Positions 26,311-48,399 of a stretch of 64,000 nt of DNA are shown here, piece by piece; within the stretch, counting starts at the first letter, position 1, and each line of letters opens with the position of its first letter. Source of the stretch: Dictyostelium discoideum. Lineage: Eukaryota. The translations under genes were made by a program, and so were the position numbers. Below the pieces are notes generated by a model. It saw only the letters and a program-made list of their open reading frames with translations. It did not search any database and was not told where the DNA came from. The stretch is taken from assembly GCA_000004695.1 (NCBI GenBank), contig CM000152.2:5888001-5952000 (forward strand). Direction: 5' to 3'.

Positions 26311-27450
26311 TAATTGATTATTATTTGAATAATTATTACTATTATTATTATTTGAATTATTATTACTATTATTATTATTTGAATTATTATTATTATTTAA
26401 ATTATTATTATTATTATTGCCAATACCACTACCACCACTAAAATGAATTTTAATTGTTGGAAATTTTAATTTACCATTTAAATTATTAATACCGACACCA
26501 TGATAATAATTATCATTTGTTATAATATTACCATTATAATCTAAATTATTATTATTATTTTCATTTTCATATTGAGATAATAATATTCTATTTTCAAATT
26601 CTTGTAATAATTCAACTCTTCCATAACGATATAAAGTAATGATTGAACATAATTGTTTATTTTTTATATTATTCAATATGAAATTTAAAATCTTTAAAGA
26701 GTAAACATATCTAAATATATTGAAATTAAATTTACTAAAATTCTTTACCGGTAAAACTAATAAATCATTACCATATTGATTAAATACAAATTCTACCAAT
26801 TCTAAATCATCTGTAGTCAACAATAAATTAAAAATAAATAATGGTGAACATTTATTTTCATAAACAATCGCTTGGTCTTTACTATCTTTAATTAAATCAA
26901 TTATAAATTGTTTTTGTTTAATTTTATCATTTTTACAATATTGAAATAAGAAACTACTATTATTTGAATTATTTGAATTATTATTTTTATCATCTTGTTG
27001 TTCTTGTTGTTCTTGTTCTAATTGTATTAAATAAATATCAGAAATTTTATTCTCTAATATAAATCTATTATTATCCATACCACTAAAATCATTTTTACTA
27101 AACCATTTTCTTAATAATCTATATTCACCATATCTAAATGCATCAATTTCAGAATTTTTAAAACAATAACAAAAATTAAAATCTAAATTATTGTTATTGT
27201 TTTCAGAATTTAAAAAATTTTCTCTATCAAAATTCATAAAATATTTTTGACTTTTTTGATTTAAAATTGAATAATACATTAATAATAATCTATTTATAAT
27301 TTCTTTAATTTCTTTATTTTCATTACCTGCAATCAATGACTCAATTTTTTTACTTTTAATATCTTTTGATAATTTATTTGAAATTTCAATTAATTCTAAA
27401 TTTGAAATTGAATAAAATTCATTATTAAAATTATTTTTAGAATCTTCTTT

Positions 27451-27520
<70 letters not shown>

Positions 27521-27924
27521 GAAGATTTTGAAAATTGTTGTTGTTGAGATTGTTGTTGTTGTTTAATAGTTTTTAAAATTTTATATAAATTTAAATTATT
27601 TATTAATTTACAAGATTCAATTAATGATTTAATTTTAAAATTATTTTCAAATGGACATAATCTAAATAAATTAATTAAATATAATGGTTGATCTTGTGGT
27701 ACTTGAAAATTTAATTCTGATATTAAATAATTTAAAACTTTAAATCTTTTTTCAACTAAATTACTTGGTGTATTAAATATTAATTTCCAAATTTGAATTA
27801 AACATTCACTTGGTCCATTTATAATTAATGTTGAATAATTATTAAAAAAATATTTAATAACTTTAAAATGATTATATTTAATTGATTGAATTAATGTACC
27901 TGCATTTGGTATAAATTTATTTGA

Positions 27925-28020
<96 letters not shown>

Positions 28021-28077
28021 GAAAATTTCATTAAAATCATCTTCAATTAAAACTCTTAAAACAGCATACAACCACAT
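26083..28077 (-). CDS. Hypothetical Asn/Gln-rich protein (664-aa ORF)
   Basis: A long ORF with blocks of ordinary composition between (AAT)n and (CAA)n tracts. No recognisable domain. Confidence 0.45.
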
Positions 28078-28940
28078 GATATTAAATCAATAATTCTATC
28101 TTTTAAATTAAACATTCTACACCAATTATATTTATATAAATTTCTATAAAAATTTAAATCATCTTTTATAAATGAAAAAAGTGGTAAAATTGTTGATCTA
28201 GTTGTTAAAATACCATCAATTTCACAATTTACTCTTGGAAATATTAAATATTGATTTTTTGACTTTTTTTTTTTTTTTTTTTTTTTTTTATAAAAATTAG
28301 TAATCCACCCCATGTTTTTTTTTTTTGGGTTTTAAAAAGTATCAAAAAAAAAGTTTATAATAATACATACAACTTTATCAATTAATAATTGTTTATGATT
28401 ATTTTTAATCATCCAATTAATTTCAATTGCTTCATAATAATTTTTAGTTTTTTTAAAAAGTAAATTACTATCTCTATTTAATAATGGTGAAAATGTATTT
28501 GATAAAGTATCTAAAAAAGATAAAATCCATCTAAAAAGATATTTATTTTTAATTACTCTCCAAAAGAGTAATTCGAAATTTTCGATATTATCTTTAACCA
28601 TTAAATTATTTGAACCGATTAAAGGTAAATTTTTATGATTATTATTTAAACTATTTTTAATTTCTTGGTTTAATAATTTACCACTATTATCAATATTACT
28701 AATTTCTTTTTTCCCCATTTCCATATAATATTGTTGTCTAATTTGTGAAATTATTTCAGATTTTTTTAAAGCTGGTGAAAAAATTCTACATGATTGTGCA
28801 ATATGATATAATTCATGAAATCCTAATTTTTCAATATTTTCTAAATTAATTTCTTTTATGATATCATTTTTTATATTGTTTTGATTTTGATTTTCACCAT
28901 TCATTGTTGAAAATATTTGTGTTATTTTTAAAACTAACAA
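28056..28940 (-). CDS. Hypothetical protein, upstream exons 28940..28366 and about 28262..28059. Probably the 5' part of the same gene as 26083..28077
   Basis: ORF 28332..28940 ends at a GTATGT donor directly after ..LLIDKV. ORF 28056..28313 can be entered from an AG acceptor after an A-run. The frame relationship to the next ORF is unresolved. Confidence 0.3.
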
Positions 28941-29205
28941 AAAAATAAAAAATAAAAAAAAAGTTTAAAAAAAAAGTAAAAAATGAAAATAAAAAAAAAA
29001 ATTAAAAAATGAAAAAAAAAAAAATGAAAATAATGCAAAGTGATGGAATTTAATTTAAAAAAAAAAAAAAAAAATATTTTTTTAAAAATAATTTAATTTT
29101 ATTTATTTTTAATCATATGAGTTTAGTATAGATAAATAGAACACTCAAAAATATACAAAATTATATAAAAAATAAAAAAAATGAATGTAATCATTCTATT
29201 TTAAG

Positions 29206-29258
<53 letters not shown>

Positions 29259-29327
29259 ATATATACAGATAAAATTAATTCACTTTTTACCTTTTTTTTA
29301 CTTTTTTAATATTTATTTATACCTTTT

Positions 29328-30251
29328 TTATTTTTTATTTTTATTATTGAATAAAAAAGGAAAATTAATTGAAAATAAACCAGAAGTTACAATTGCAGCA
29401 GTTTCCATACGTAAAATTGTATTTCCTAATTTTGAAATATAAAAATTACTATCATTTCTTTTATCTATAGTTTGTTGTAATTGATTAATTTCATTATTTG
29501 TAAAACCTCCTTCAGGTCCAATTAAAATTAATGTATCTCTAACATTATTATTATTATTTTCTTTAATTTCATTAAAAATTAATGGTAATGGTTTACCATT
29601 TGGATCAAATAAAAAAATATGAGAATATTTTGATTGTTTTATAGTATCAATATTAAATTTATCTTTTAAAAATTGTTTATATGGTTGTGGTGGTATTATA
29701 TTCATTAAATGGTTATTTTTTGATTGTTTTGATGATTCAATGATAATACGTTCAAATCTATCAAGTTTATTTGAAGTTAATGATCCTGACGATGGTGATG
29801 ATTTTGAATATTCACTCTCTAAAAGGAATAAATTCTTTACACCAATTTCTGTTAGTTTCTCTATCATCCATTCAGCTCTCTGTATTTTTGGTAATGATGT
29901 TGCCAAATCAATATTAATATTAATATCAATATTATTATTATCATTATTATTATTCATATTTATAATTTCATCAATATCTTCTTTATTATTATTACTATTT
30001 TCATTAATTATTGAATTTTTATTATCTTTTTTTAAAGCTTTATTACTATCTAATTGTAATTTTATTTTAGTTTCATTTTTACCAATATCTATAATTGTTG
30101 CTTGACAGTTTTGACCATTTGAATCAAATACTTCAATAACATTGCCAACTTTTAATCTTAGACTCTTTTTTAAATGACTATGTTGTTGACCACTTAATAA
30201 AAGTGATCCGCCATTAACAAATGGAATATTATTAATAAAAAATCGTCTCAT
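29328..30251 (-). CDS. RsmE-family 16S rRNA (uridine-N3) methyltransferase (DUF558/SPOUT)
   Basis: Contains LIGPEGGF and NTILRMETAAIV, the signature C-terminal motifs of RsmE. The N-terminal PUA-like region (RFFINNIP..VGNVIEVFD) has an Asn-rich insertion. Confidence 0.75.
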   Translation of the reverse strand: MRRFFINNIPFVNGGSLLLSGQQHSHLKKSLRLKVGNVIEVFDSNGQNCQATIIDIGKNETKIKLQLDSNKALKKDNKNSIINENSNNNKEDIDEIINMNNNNDNNNIDININIDLATSLPKIQRAEWMIEKLTEIGVKNLFLLESEYSKSSPSSGSLTSNKLDRFERIIIESSKQSKNNHLMNIIPPQPYKQFLKDKFNIDTIKQSKYSHIFLFDPNGKPLPLIFNEIKENNNNNVRDTLILIGPEGGFTNNEINQLQQTIDKRNDSNFYISKLGNTILRMETAAIVTSGLFSINFPFLFNNKNKK

Positions 30252-30531
30252 TCCAATAGAAATTAAAAAAAAAAAAAAATGAAAAAAAAAAAAAAAACGG
30301 AAATTGGTGCAAAGTTAAAAAAAATAAAGAAATTATATTAATCAAATTATAAACGGACGTTACATTAATACAGATATAAATTATTCAAATTCAGGTTTAT
30401 TATTTATTAAAACCAAACCAGCAATATTTATTATTTTTATAAAAATTTATAAATCAATTGAATATTTTTTTTTTTTTAGGATTTTAAAATTTCCAACTTG
30501 ATCTTCTATTAAAAATTCCATTTTCAAAAAT

Positions 30532-30603
30532 GGCTCCATAGCATAGTGGTATTGCGCTTCCCTAGTAAGGAAGAGGTCATGAGTTCGATCCTCATTGGAG
30601 CCT
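30532..30603 (+). tRNA. tRNA-Thr (anticodon AGU)
   Basis: Acceptor stem GGCTCCA/TGGAGCC. Anticodon stem CTTCC/GGAAG with loop CTAGTAA. T-arm ATGAG-TTCGATC-CTCAT. Followed by T8. Confidence 0.85.
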
Positions 30604-30638
30604 TTTTTTTTAAAAAAAAAAAACACAGTTGGGTCAAT

Positions 30639-30648
30639 GGTTCGACTC
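30639..30648 (+). promoter_or_regulatory. External B box downstream of tRNA-Thr
   Basis: ggttcgactc lies 36 bp 3' of the tRNA. Confidence 0.55.
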
Positions 30649-30971
30649 TTTACAAAATTTTGCGTGGGGAATAATATATAAAAAACAAAAATCAGAGGAG
30701 AGTTGTCCTCTTATCCATAAAACATTTGTAAATATTTATTAGACGGATAAATAAATAGTATAATTAATCAACAACTGTTATTGTGGATATTACGCCACAT
30801 TAACAAACTTATTATTTAATGAAATAAAACTTTATAAAACACTTTATTAAAGTTATGTTGATATAAGCAATTAAAGTAAAATAAATATTTAAAAAAAAAA
30901 AAGATAATAATAAAATAAAATAATAAGTAATTTATTAATTGGATGAAGGTTAAATTTCTCTAAATTATAAA

Positions 30972-31270
30972 ATTTAGAGAACTTTAGCTTTAATATGAAT
31001 TCCAAGAATACCTAATAAATTAGCCATTATATCAGCATTGATTAAATTTGTTGATTGATTACCACCAAATGAAGAAGTAATTCCCTTGGTTTCATTATTT
31101 GAATTTACAGAGATTGTTTTGTTTAAAGAATTACCATTATGAATTGAACCAATTCTAGAAATTGAGGCTACATAATTAAATTAAAATTTTAAAATTTAGA
31201 AATCGAGGAGTAAAAATAATTATAAAAATAGATTAAGAAATCATAATATTTATTTACAAATTAGAGTCAT
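30972..31270 (-). CDS. hssA/2C/7E-family-like small protein, 2 exons: 31270..31258 and 31166..30972
   Basis: Exon 1 is 13 nt (ATG ACT CTA ATT t) followed by a GTAAAT donor. The acceptor is tatgtag. The product is MTLISSISRIGSIHNGNSLNKTISVNSNNETKGITSSFGGNQSTNLINADIMANLLGILGIHIKAKVL. Both the MTLxSSIS..IGS N-terminus and the tiny first exon are typical of this Dictyostelium family. Confidence 0.6.
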
Positions 31271-32217
31271 TTTTTTAATTTTTTTTTTTTTTTTTTTTGT
31301 TTGTTTGTATTTTTAATTTAATGGTAAAAAAAAAAAAAAAAAAATAATTTATAGAAAAAAAAAAATACATTATTAAGAAAAAATAATAAAAAAATTATCA
31401 ACTATTTAAAAAAAAATACAATAGTTCAGTTATTTACTAAATATATTTGGGATATGTTTTGATTATTAAAGATGTAAAAATATTTAAAAATGGAATAGAT
31501 CAATTTTGTTGAACTTTCTTTCTAAAAATTTAAAATCTAGATTAATTATTCTAATTTCAATTAATAAATAAAATGATTAATCTAACTTTATTAAAAAGGA
31601 AAATAAAAAAACGATATTTGTAAATAGAACAATGTATTAACCCTATTAAAAAAAATTAAAAAATTAAATCTTACTCACTTTTTTTAATTAACCACACAAA
31701 CACAAAGAATTTTTTTTTTTCTCTTTTTAGTTTGAAGATCTACCAAATTCTTTTAATAATCAATGTATATTGTGATATATTTGTTTGTTTTTAATTTTAA
31801 TAAATTATATATTTTTATAGAAGGAAAAAAATTAATTTCAAATAATAGTTACATTTTTTAATATTTCAAACAATAAAAAAAAAAATAAAAAAACGATTAA
31901 TCTGGTACATCCATTGAGCAATTAAAAAATTAAACTGTTTCTAGAATAATTTTAGTTAATTTTATAAAAAAGATGAAAAGAATTACCCTTACACTTTGTA
32001 GATTAAAAATAAAATCCCAAACCCACAGATCCAATTTTTAATTTTCTTTTTTTTTTTTTTTTTTTTTTCAAAAAAAAATTAAACCCAACATTTAACTTTT
32101 TTTTTTATAAATAAAAAATTAATAAAGTAAAAATGAAAAATAATTGTAGAAAACTTTTTTCTTTTATTTATTTTTTACTTTGTTTAAACAATAGTTAATT
32201 TAATACTAATTCATTAT

Positions 32218-32334
32218 TAGAAAACATTGACTTTAATTCTAATACCAATAATACCTAACAAACTAGCCATAATGTCAGAATTAATTAAACTTGGTAATGA
32301 ATGACTACGTTGAAGACGTTCACTATTGAAACCT
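32218..32334 (-). pseudogene. Partial paralogue of the 30972..31270 small gene (C-terminal 38 codons only: ..ERLQRSHSLPSLINSDIMASLLGIIGIRIKVNVF)
   Basis: The C-terminus is conserved with the gene above (LINADIMANLLGILGIHIKAKVL). I found no upstream ATG-plus-donor exon. Confidence 0.35.
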
Positions 32335-32576
32335 TATTTAATAATTATTCATTTAAATTTTAGTTTATGATTATTTGATTAATAATATGAGAAATGATGA
32401 AATAAAAAAAAATTTTAAACAATTGGAATTTATATAAAATAAAATTGTAATTTTTAAAAAGTTTAAAAAAAAATATTAAAAGTATAAATAACATTTTCAG
32501 ATTACAGTTTTTTATATAATGAATTATTTTAAATGTGGTAATTTTGCAATAAAATTAATTCATTCTGGTTTGATTA

Positions 32577-32625
32577 CAATTTAAAAAGCATATAAATTTA
32601 TATGTTGCATATAAATTTATATGCT
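32577..32625. repeat. Perfect tandem palindrome: aaaaag-[catataaatttatatg]-ttg-[catataaatttatatg]-cttttt
   Basis: Each 16-mer is self-complementary, and the whole 49-bp segment is an inverted repeat. It lies about 520 bp upstream of the giant ORF. Confidence 0.8.
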
Positions 32626-33038
32626 TTTTAAATAAAAAAAAAAAAATTTTTTTGGTTTTTTGAATCTTTTTATTTTTTTTTAATTTTAAAAATAGATATG
32701 GATAATTGATCACTTTAGTTTTTTTGTTTATTTCCAACTTTCAAAATAATTAATTTAAACTTAATGTATTTTTTAGATTTTATTTTTTTAATGCGTATTT
32801 GGTTTCGTTTTAATACTTTTTTTTTTTTTTGTTTTTTTTTTTTTTTATGAGTCATCTTTCACTCATTGATGCGAGCAATCATTTTTTTTGATCAAATTAT
32901 TTTATTTATTTCGAATTAAATTTTTTTTTTTTTCAAAAATAAAAAAAAAAAATAAAATAAAAAAAAAAAAAACAAAAAAATCTTTTTTTTTTTTTTATAA
33001 AAAAACTTCAATGGTTAACAAATAGAAATAAATAAATT

Positions 33039-33048
<10 letters not shown>

Positions 33049-33071
<23 letters not shown>
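33049..33071. repeat. (CA)11 microsatellite
   Basis: acacacacacacacacacacaca. Confidence 0.9.
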
Positions 33072-33146
33072 CATTTATATAAACATAGAATTTTTTTTAT
33101 TATTTTTTTTTTTTTATGATTTCCATTTTAATATTTGTAAAATACT

Positions 33147-42200
<9,054 letters not shown>

Positions 42201-42269
42201 TTAAAAGGTGATAATAGAAATTTTTTTAGGAATTTTTTTTTTTTTATTTTATTATTTATTTAATATATT

Positions 42270-44022
42270 TTATATTTTATATAATAATAAACCCATTACC
42301 TGTACACTATAAACTTTTAAATTTTTAATATCATTAAAATTTGTTGATTCTTGTTGATTATCATTATTTATGAAATTAAAATAAATTAATTCTTCATTTT
42401 CACCACCTGCTAATAATCTACAACCTTGAAGAGTTTCATCATAGTATGAAATTCTTTTAATATATGGGTAATCTTTATCAAGTTCAAATGTATGAATTGT
42501 AAGATTTGAATTTGAATTATCAAAGTTTACTAATAAATTACCATTAATAGTATGATCACCATTACCATTAAAAGTTTCATTATAAATTAAAAATTCATTT
42601 CCATGGAAATCTTTATAAAAACCTGCTAAAAATGAATTTGGGATAATTGGAATTTCTTGTTTAATAAGATAATTTTCAATTTGTTGAATTTTAGATGCTT
42701 CTTCATTTAATAGGATTTCATATATTGGTACTAAAATATCAATTGTTGAATTAATATAAATATCTGGTGAATTAATATCTGATAATGATGAAAAGAAGAA
42801 TCCTAATTTTAATGGTCTAACAAATGCCATATTTGAGTGGTATCCTGTTAAATCACCATTCTTTGCTGATATCCAAATTGAATTACTTGTATCATATGTA
42901 TGTAAAAAAGGTATACCATAAACACTAAATCCGTCTCTTAAAAGGTTCATTGGTGAAAATAATTCATTTAATGTTGTTTCTTCTAAATAAAATGATGATT
43001 CACTCTGTTGCTGATTTTCATCACTTAATAAGAAGATCATAAATTTAGCCATATCATTAGCAGTTGAAAAAATGCCACCACCTGGTGAATTCCAACCAGC
43101 TGGTGAAATTGGAGCAATTGAAAAACTACCATTACTCTTTTTATATAATCCAATTGCCATATTATCTTTAACTTTTTCATCATAATTAAATGTAGTATTA
43201 TCCATTCCTAATGATTTAAAAATATTATTTGTAACCCAGTATTCATATGCTTGTTGTTCTTTCATTGTTTTTTTCATTTTTAATGATTCACCTAAAACTC
43301 TACCAAGTAATGAAAATCCTAAATTTGAATAATGTGATAAAATATTTGGTTGTTTTGAAATTAAAAATTGTTTTGATAATTTTGAAAGTATGACTTTATC
43401 ATTACATTTATTTGTTCCATAATCAATTCTATCACATGGAGTCTCTCTTGCCAAACCACTTTGATGAGATGCCAATTGTCTAAATGTAATTTTTTCATTT
43501 CTTTTATCTTTATAAATTGAATTAATTTTAAATTGTGGGAAATAATCACGAATATCATCATCCAATGAATTTATAATACCTTGATCTCTTAATTTAAACA
43601 TCATTAATGATGTAAAAGTTTTTGTAATACTTGCAATTCTAATACTTTTGAAATATAAAAAAAAATAATAAAAAAAAATTATTATTAAAAATATAAAAAT
43701 AAAAAACAATTTTTTAATATCATAAAATTATTTCATACTTATTATTAAGAGTTAAATTTAAAGAATTTTCATCTAATGGATTTATTTTTCCATATGCTTT
43801 AGAGAAAATTATTTCATCCTTGTATACGATAGTGGCAATAAATGATGAAATATTATCTGATTTCATTTTTGTTTGAATTAAATTATCAATTTCATTATAT
43901 GCTTTTAATAATAAAGGATGATTTTGATCAATTTTTATTGGTTTTGGATATGTTGGACATGTTTTAAATAAATTTAAAAATGTAAATATTAAAATTATTA
44001 TATATTTATAATTTGTATTCAT
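42270..44022 (-). CDS. Beta-lactamase-family serine hydrolase (LACTB/esterase-like), secreted, 2 exons: 44022..43726 and about 43645..42270
   Basis: The SxxK active-site motif is ASITKTF. Exon 1 encodes a signal peptide and the start of the domain ([16 protein letters not shown]). The donor is GTATGA after ..LNLTLNNK. Paralogous to the next gene. Confidence 0.75.
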
Positions 44023-44393
44023 TTTTTAATTTTTTTTCTTTTTATTAAATTTTTTTTATTATTTAATTTTTTTTTTTTTTTCTTTCTTTTTTTTTTTAAA
44101 AATAAAATAAAAAAATTTTTTAATAATTAAATTAATTTAATAATTCCATGAAAGTTGAGGGGTGATCAATATTTACACACACACACCCACTTGGTAAACA
44201 GTTACTTTTTTTTTGTGTGGGTTTTAGTGGTAAAGTGTAAAATCTCATTTTTATCTTTTGGTGATGTTTTATAAATAAATTAAAAAATAAAAATAAACAC
44301 CCCAAAAGTGAACAGAAAAAAAAAAAAGAAAAAAAATAAAATTAAAATTTATTTTTATTATATTTCTATTATTAGAATAAAAACTATTTAAAA

Positions 44394-44797
44394 CTATTTA
44401 AATAATAAAGAACCCATAATTTGAACACTATAAACAAATAAATTATTTATATCAATATTTTGATTATTATTATTATTATTAAAATCAATAATTGTACCAT
44501 TAATATCTTTAAAAGTGAAATAAATTAATTCATCATTACTTCCACTAGCTATTGTTCTACAAGTTGGTATTGATTCATTATAGAATGAAATTCTTTTAAT
44601 ATATGGATATTCATTATCAAGTTCGAATTTATTTAAAACTAAACTTGCACCATTATAACTTACTAATAATCTATTTAAATAATCACCATATGTTGTTTGA
44701 TTTAAAATTAAAAATTTATTACCATAATCATTTGTATAAATTCCAATTAAAAGTGAATGAGGGATTTTTGAAATAAAAATAGATTCCATAGTATTAT

Positions 44798-44844
<47 letters not shown>

Positions 44845-46183
44845 GAATTTGAACTTGTTGTTGTTGAATTAATTACTGAATCTATTGCTGCTTGTTCTAA
44901 TAATTTTTTATAAACTGGTATTAAAATATCAATTGCAGCATTTGTATAAACATCGCTACTACTAACACTTGTTAATGATGAAAAAAATAAACCTAATTTG
45001 TATGGTTTTACAAATGCAATATTTGATACATATCCTTGTAAGTCTCCATTTTTTGATAAAATCCAAAGAGAATTATTGGTACTATACGAATGTAAAAATG
45101 GCATACCATAGGAAGCAGACCCATCGTTTAACAAATTACTTGGTGAAAATAATTCATTTAATGTTGATTCTTTTAAATAGGATGGTGATCTTATATCTAG
45201 TGAATTATTATTCATACCTAATAAATGTATCAATAGTTTACCCATATCTCTTGCAGTTGAAAAAACACCACCACCAGGTGAATTCCAACCTGATTTTGTC
45301 ATTGATGGTATTGAATATTTACCATTATTATTTACTAATCCTGGTGCAGTATTATTAATAATATCTTCATAATTGAATGTTGTATTATTCATTCCCAATG
45401 GTTTAAATATATTATTTGTAACCCAATATTCATATGGCTCTTGTTCTTTCATTCTTTTCATTCTTAATGATTCACCTAAAGTTCTACCAAGTAAAGAATA
45501 TCCTAAATTTGAATAATGTGATAAAGTAGTTGGTTTTGAAATTAAAAATTGTTTTGATAATTTTGCTAAAATAATTTTCTCTGTACAATTACTTGTTCCA
45601 AATTCATTTCTATGACATGGTGTCTCTCTTGATAAACCACTTTGATGTGATGCCAATTGTCTAAATGTTATAAACTTTTCTTCTTTTTTTTTAAAAATTG
45701 ATTTAATCTTAAATTTTGGGAAATAATCACGAATATCATCATCTAATGAATTAATTATACCTTGGTCTCTTAATTTAAACATCATTAATGATGTAAATAC
45801 TTTTGTAACACTTGAAATTCTAAAACTAAATAATAATTATTTTAAATTAAAAAAACATATAAAAGATTTTTTTAAAATAACTTTTTAATTTCTTTAAATA
45901 CATACTTATGATCAAGAGTTAAATTTGGTGAGTTAATATCTAAATAGTTCAATTTACCATATGCTTTTGAAAAAACAACTTTGTCCATGTAAACAATAGT
46001 TGCAACAAATGATTTAACACCATCAGCTTTCATTTTACTTTGGATTAATAAATCAATATCATTATAAGCTTTTAATAATAATGGGTCATTTTGATCAATT
46101 TTAATTGGTAAAGGATAAGTTGGACATGAATATAATAAATTAGCAAATGTAAATAACAAAAATAAATATAAATAATATTTCAT
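44394..46183 (-). CDS. Beta-lactamase-family serine hydrolase, tandem paralogue, 2 exons: 46183..about 45890 and about 45800..44394
   Basis: Exon 1 ([52 protein letters not shown]) is about 60% identical to exon 1 of the previous gene. Exon 2 is collinear with it ([33 protein letters not shown]). It carries a poly-Thr insert encoded by (ACA)n. Confidence 0.7.
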
Positions 46184-46888
46184 TTTTTTTTTTTTTTTTT
46201 TGATAATAATATAATAATTATTTTATTTTTCATTTAAATAGTTAATTTTTTTTTTTTTTTTTATTAAATTGAATTGATTATAATAAATTCGAAATCCTGA
46301 TTAAAAAATTTGTTCGAATTCATCTTAGATAGTTGTAAATTTGTAGGTATTAAATGAGAAATCTATCTGATCTTATTCTAAACTAAAATTTTATTAGAAA
46401 TCCATCATTTTTATTGTTTTAATTTTGTTGAAAAAAAAAAAAAAAGTGTTTTGGGCAATTGAATATTATTGGTCAAAACAAAACAAATCTAAATGTTTTC
46501 AGTTGGACTCTTAGTGGGACGAATAAAAAAAAAAATTAAAAAATCTATTTTTGTCATTTTTTTTAAAATTTGAAAAAAAAAATTTTTCATTTTTTAATGT
46601 TGAAAAGTAAATTCTAGAACACCCAAAAATACACGATAATATAAAATGTAAAAAAATGGATGAGATCATATAAAAAAAAAAAAAACAGAATAATCTAATT
46701 CATATTTTTTAAAAATTTATTTATTTTTCATTTTTTGTAATTGTTATTATTACTTAAAAAAAAAAAAAAAAAAAAAAAAAAAGTAGTTGTAACTATTTAA
46801 TTAAATCTTTTTTTTTTTTTTTTCTTTTTTTATTTTCTTTTTAAAAAAAATAATAAATAAATAAAAAAACTATAAATTAATTTATTAT

Positions 46889-48399
46889 TTAAAAATCGAA
46901 TTGACCCTTTGTTAAATTAAATTCATCAATTATGGTATTATTGATGTTTGCAACAAATTGCCAATTTAAGGTTGTTGAATTAATTACATTTAATAAACCA
47001 AATCCATTGATCGAAGTTCTAAGACCAGTTGTCCATTGTTGAGATGGTTGCCAAATCATATCTTCACCTTCAACATCGCCACCAGTACCAACTACAATGT
47101 GAACTGTTGCTTTTGGTGATTCAACGTCACCCATAATTTTATTTTTAAAAACTGGTAAAGTACGTTCATAAGAATGAGCATGACCAGAAATAAATAAATC
47201 TACATTATATTTATATAATAAATCTTCTAATGACCATAAATATATTTTTTTACTTTCAACAACATCTATATTTGAACACCAATCCCAAACTACTGAACAA
47301 TAAAATGGACCTTTAAAAAATTAATATTATTAATAACCAAACACTTTTAAAAAAATCTTTTTTTTTTTAAAAATTAATTTAAATTTTTTATACATACGAT
47401 GAGAATACATTACAATCCATCCATTTGGATTTGATTTACGATATTGTTTTAAATCATTTTCAATCCAAGTATGTTGACTTGATAATGGGAAATAGTCATG
47501 TTCACTCGAAAATCCAACAAAATGAATACCATTATAATCATAAGAATACCATGAATCACTTTCAAAATCTACTGGCATTTGCCATGTTTTTGTATAAACT
47601 GATAAATCTATAAATCTATCATGATTACCTTTTTTTTATTATTTAAAAAAAAAAAAAAAAAAAAAATCAGTAAATCTATAAATCTGACAATGACCAACTT
47701 TTTTTTTATTTTTAAAAAAAAAAAAAATAAAAAAAAAAAGAAAAAATAATAATTACCTGGACATGTTAAATAGGGTAAATGAGAAGATAATGGTGAAATT
47801 GAATTTTGAAATTTATTCCAAATTGTTTGATTACCTGGTAAATTATATGGTTTTTGTTTATCAGCATAAGCAATATCACCAACATGATGTAAAATTTGAA
47901 TTTCATTTATACGTGATATTAAATTATCAACAGTGTAAACATCTGAATTTAAACTATCACCTTCAATCCAACCCATATCACCAAAGAATGATGTTGTGAA
48001 TGGAATAACTTTACCAAATGGTGCATCGAATTGATTGGTTGTAAAATTAAATATTGAACTCCAAATATTCAAACTCTTATCACCAACACAATAGAAATAC
48101 ATTGTTGATGGTGATAATGATGACATTACAGCTGTATTAATTTTACCATCAAATCCAATCGTATCATAAGAAATGATTTCACCAATTGATGTGAATGATG
48201 AATCTTGAATTGGTTCAAACATCTCTGTACTAAATAAAACGGTTGGAGCTTTGGTTTCATTAATTGTATACCATGTTACTCTCATTTGATCTTTTGATTT
48301 TGTAAAAGCCAACTTTATTGATTCAGGTATTACATTTTCTGTAAATACATTTGAAATATTTAAAAATAAAAATAAAAATAAAATAATAAATTTATCCAT
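46889..48399 (-). CDS. Purple acid phosphatase (metallophosphoesterase), secreted, 3 exons: 48399..about 47757, about 47626..47408 and about 47306..46889
   Basis: All five PAP metal-ligand motifs occur in order: GDMG, GDIAYAD, GNHD (split across intron 1, GTAATT donor), VMYSHRP, GHAHSYER. A signal peptide is present. The introns restore the frame. Confidence 0.85.
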
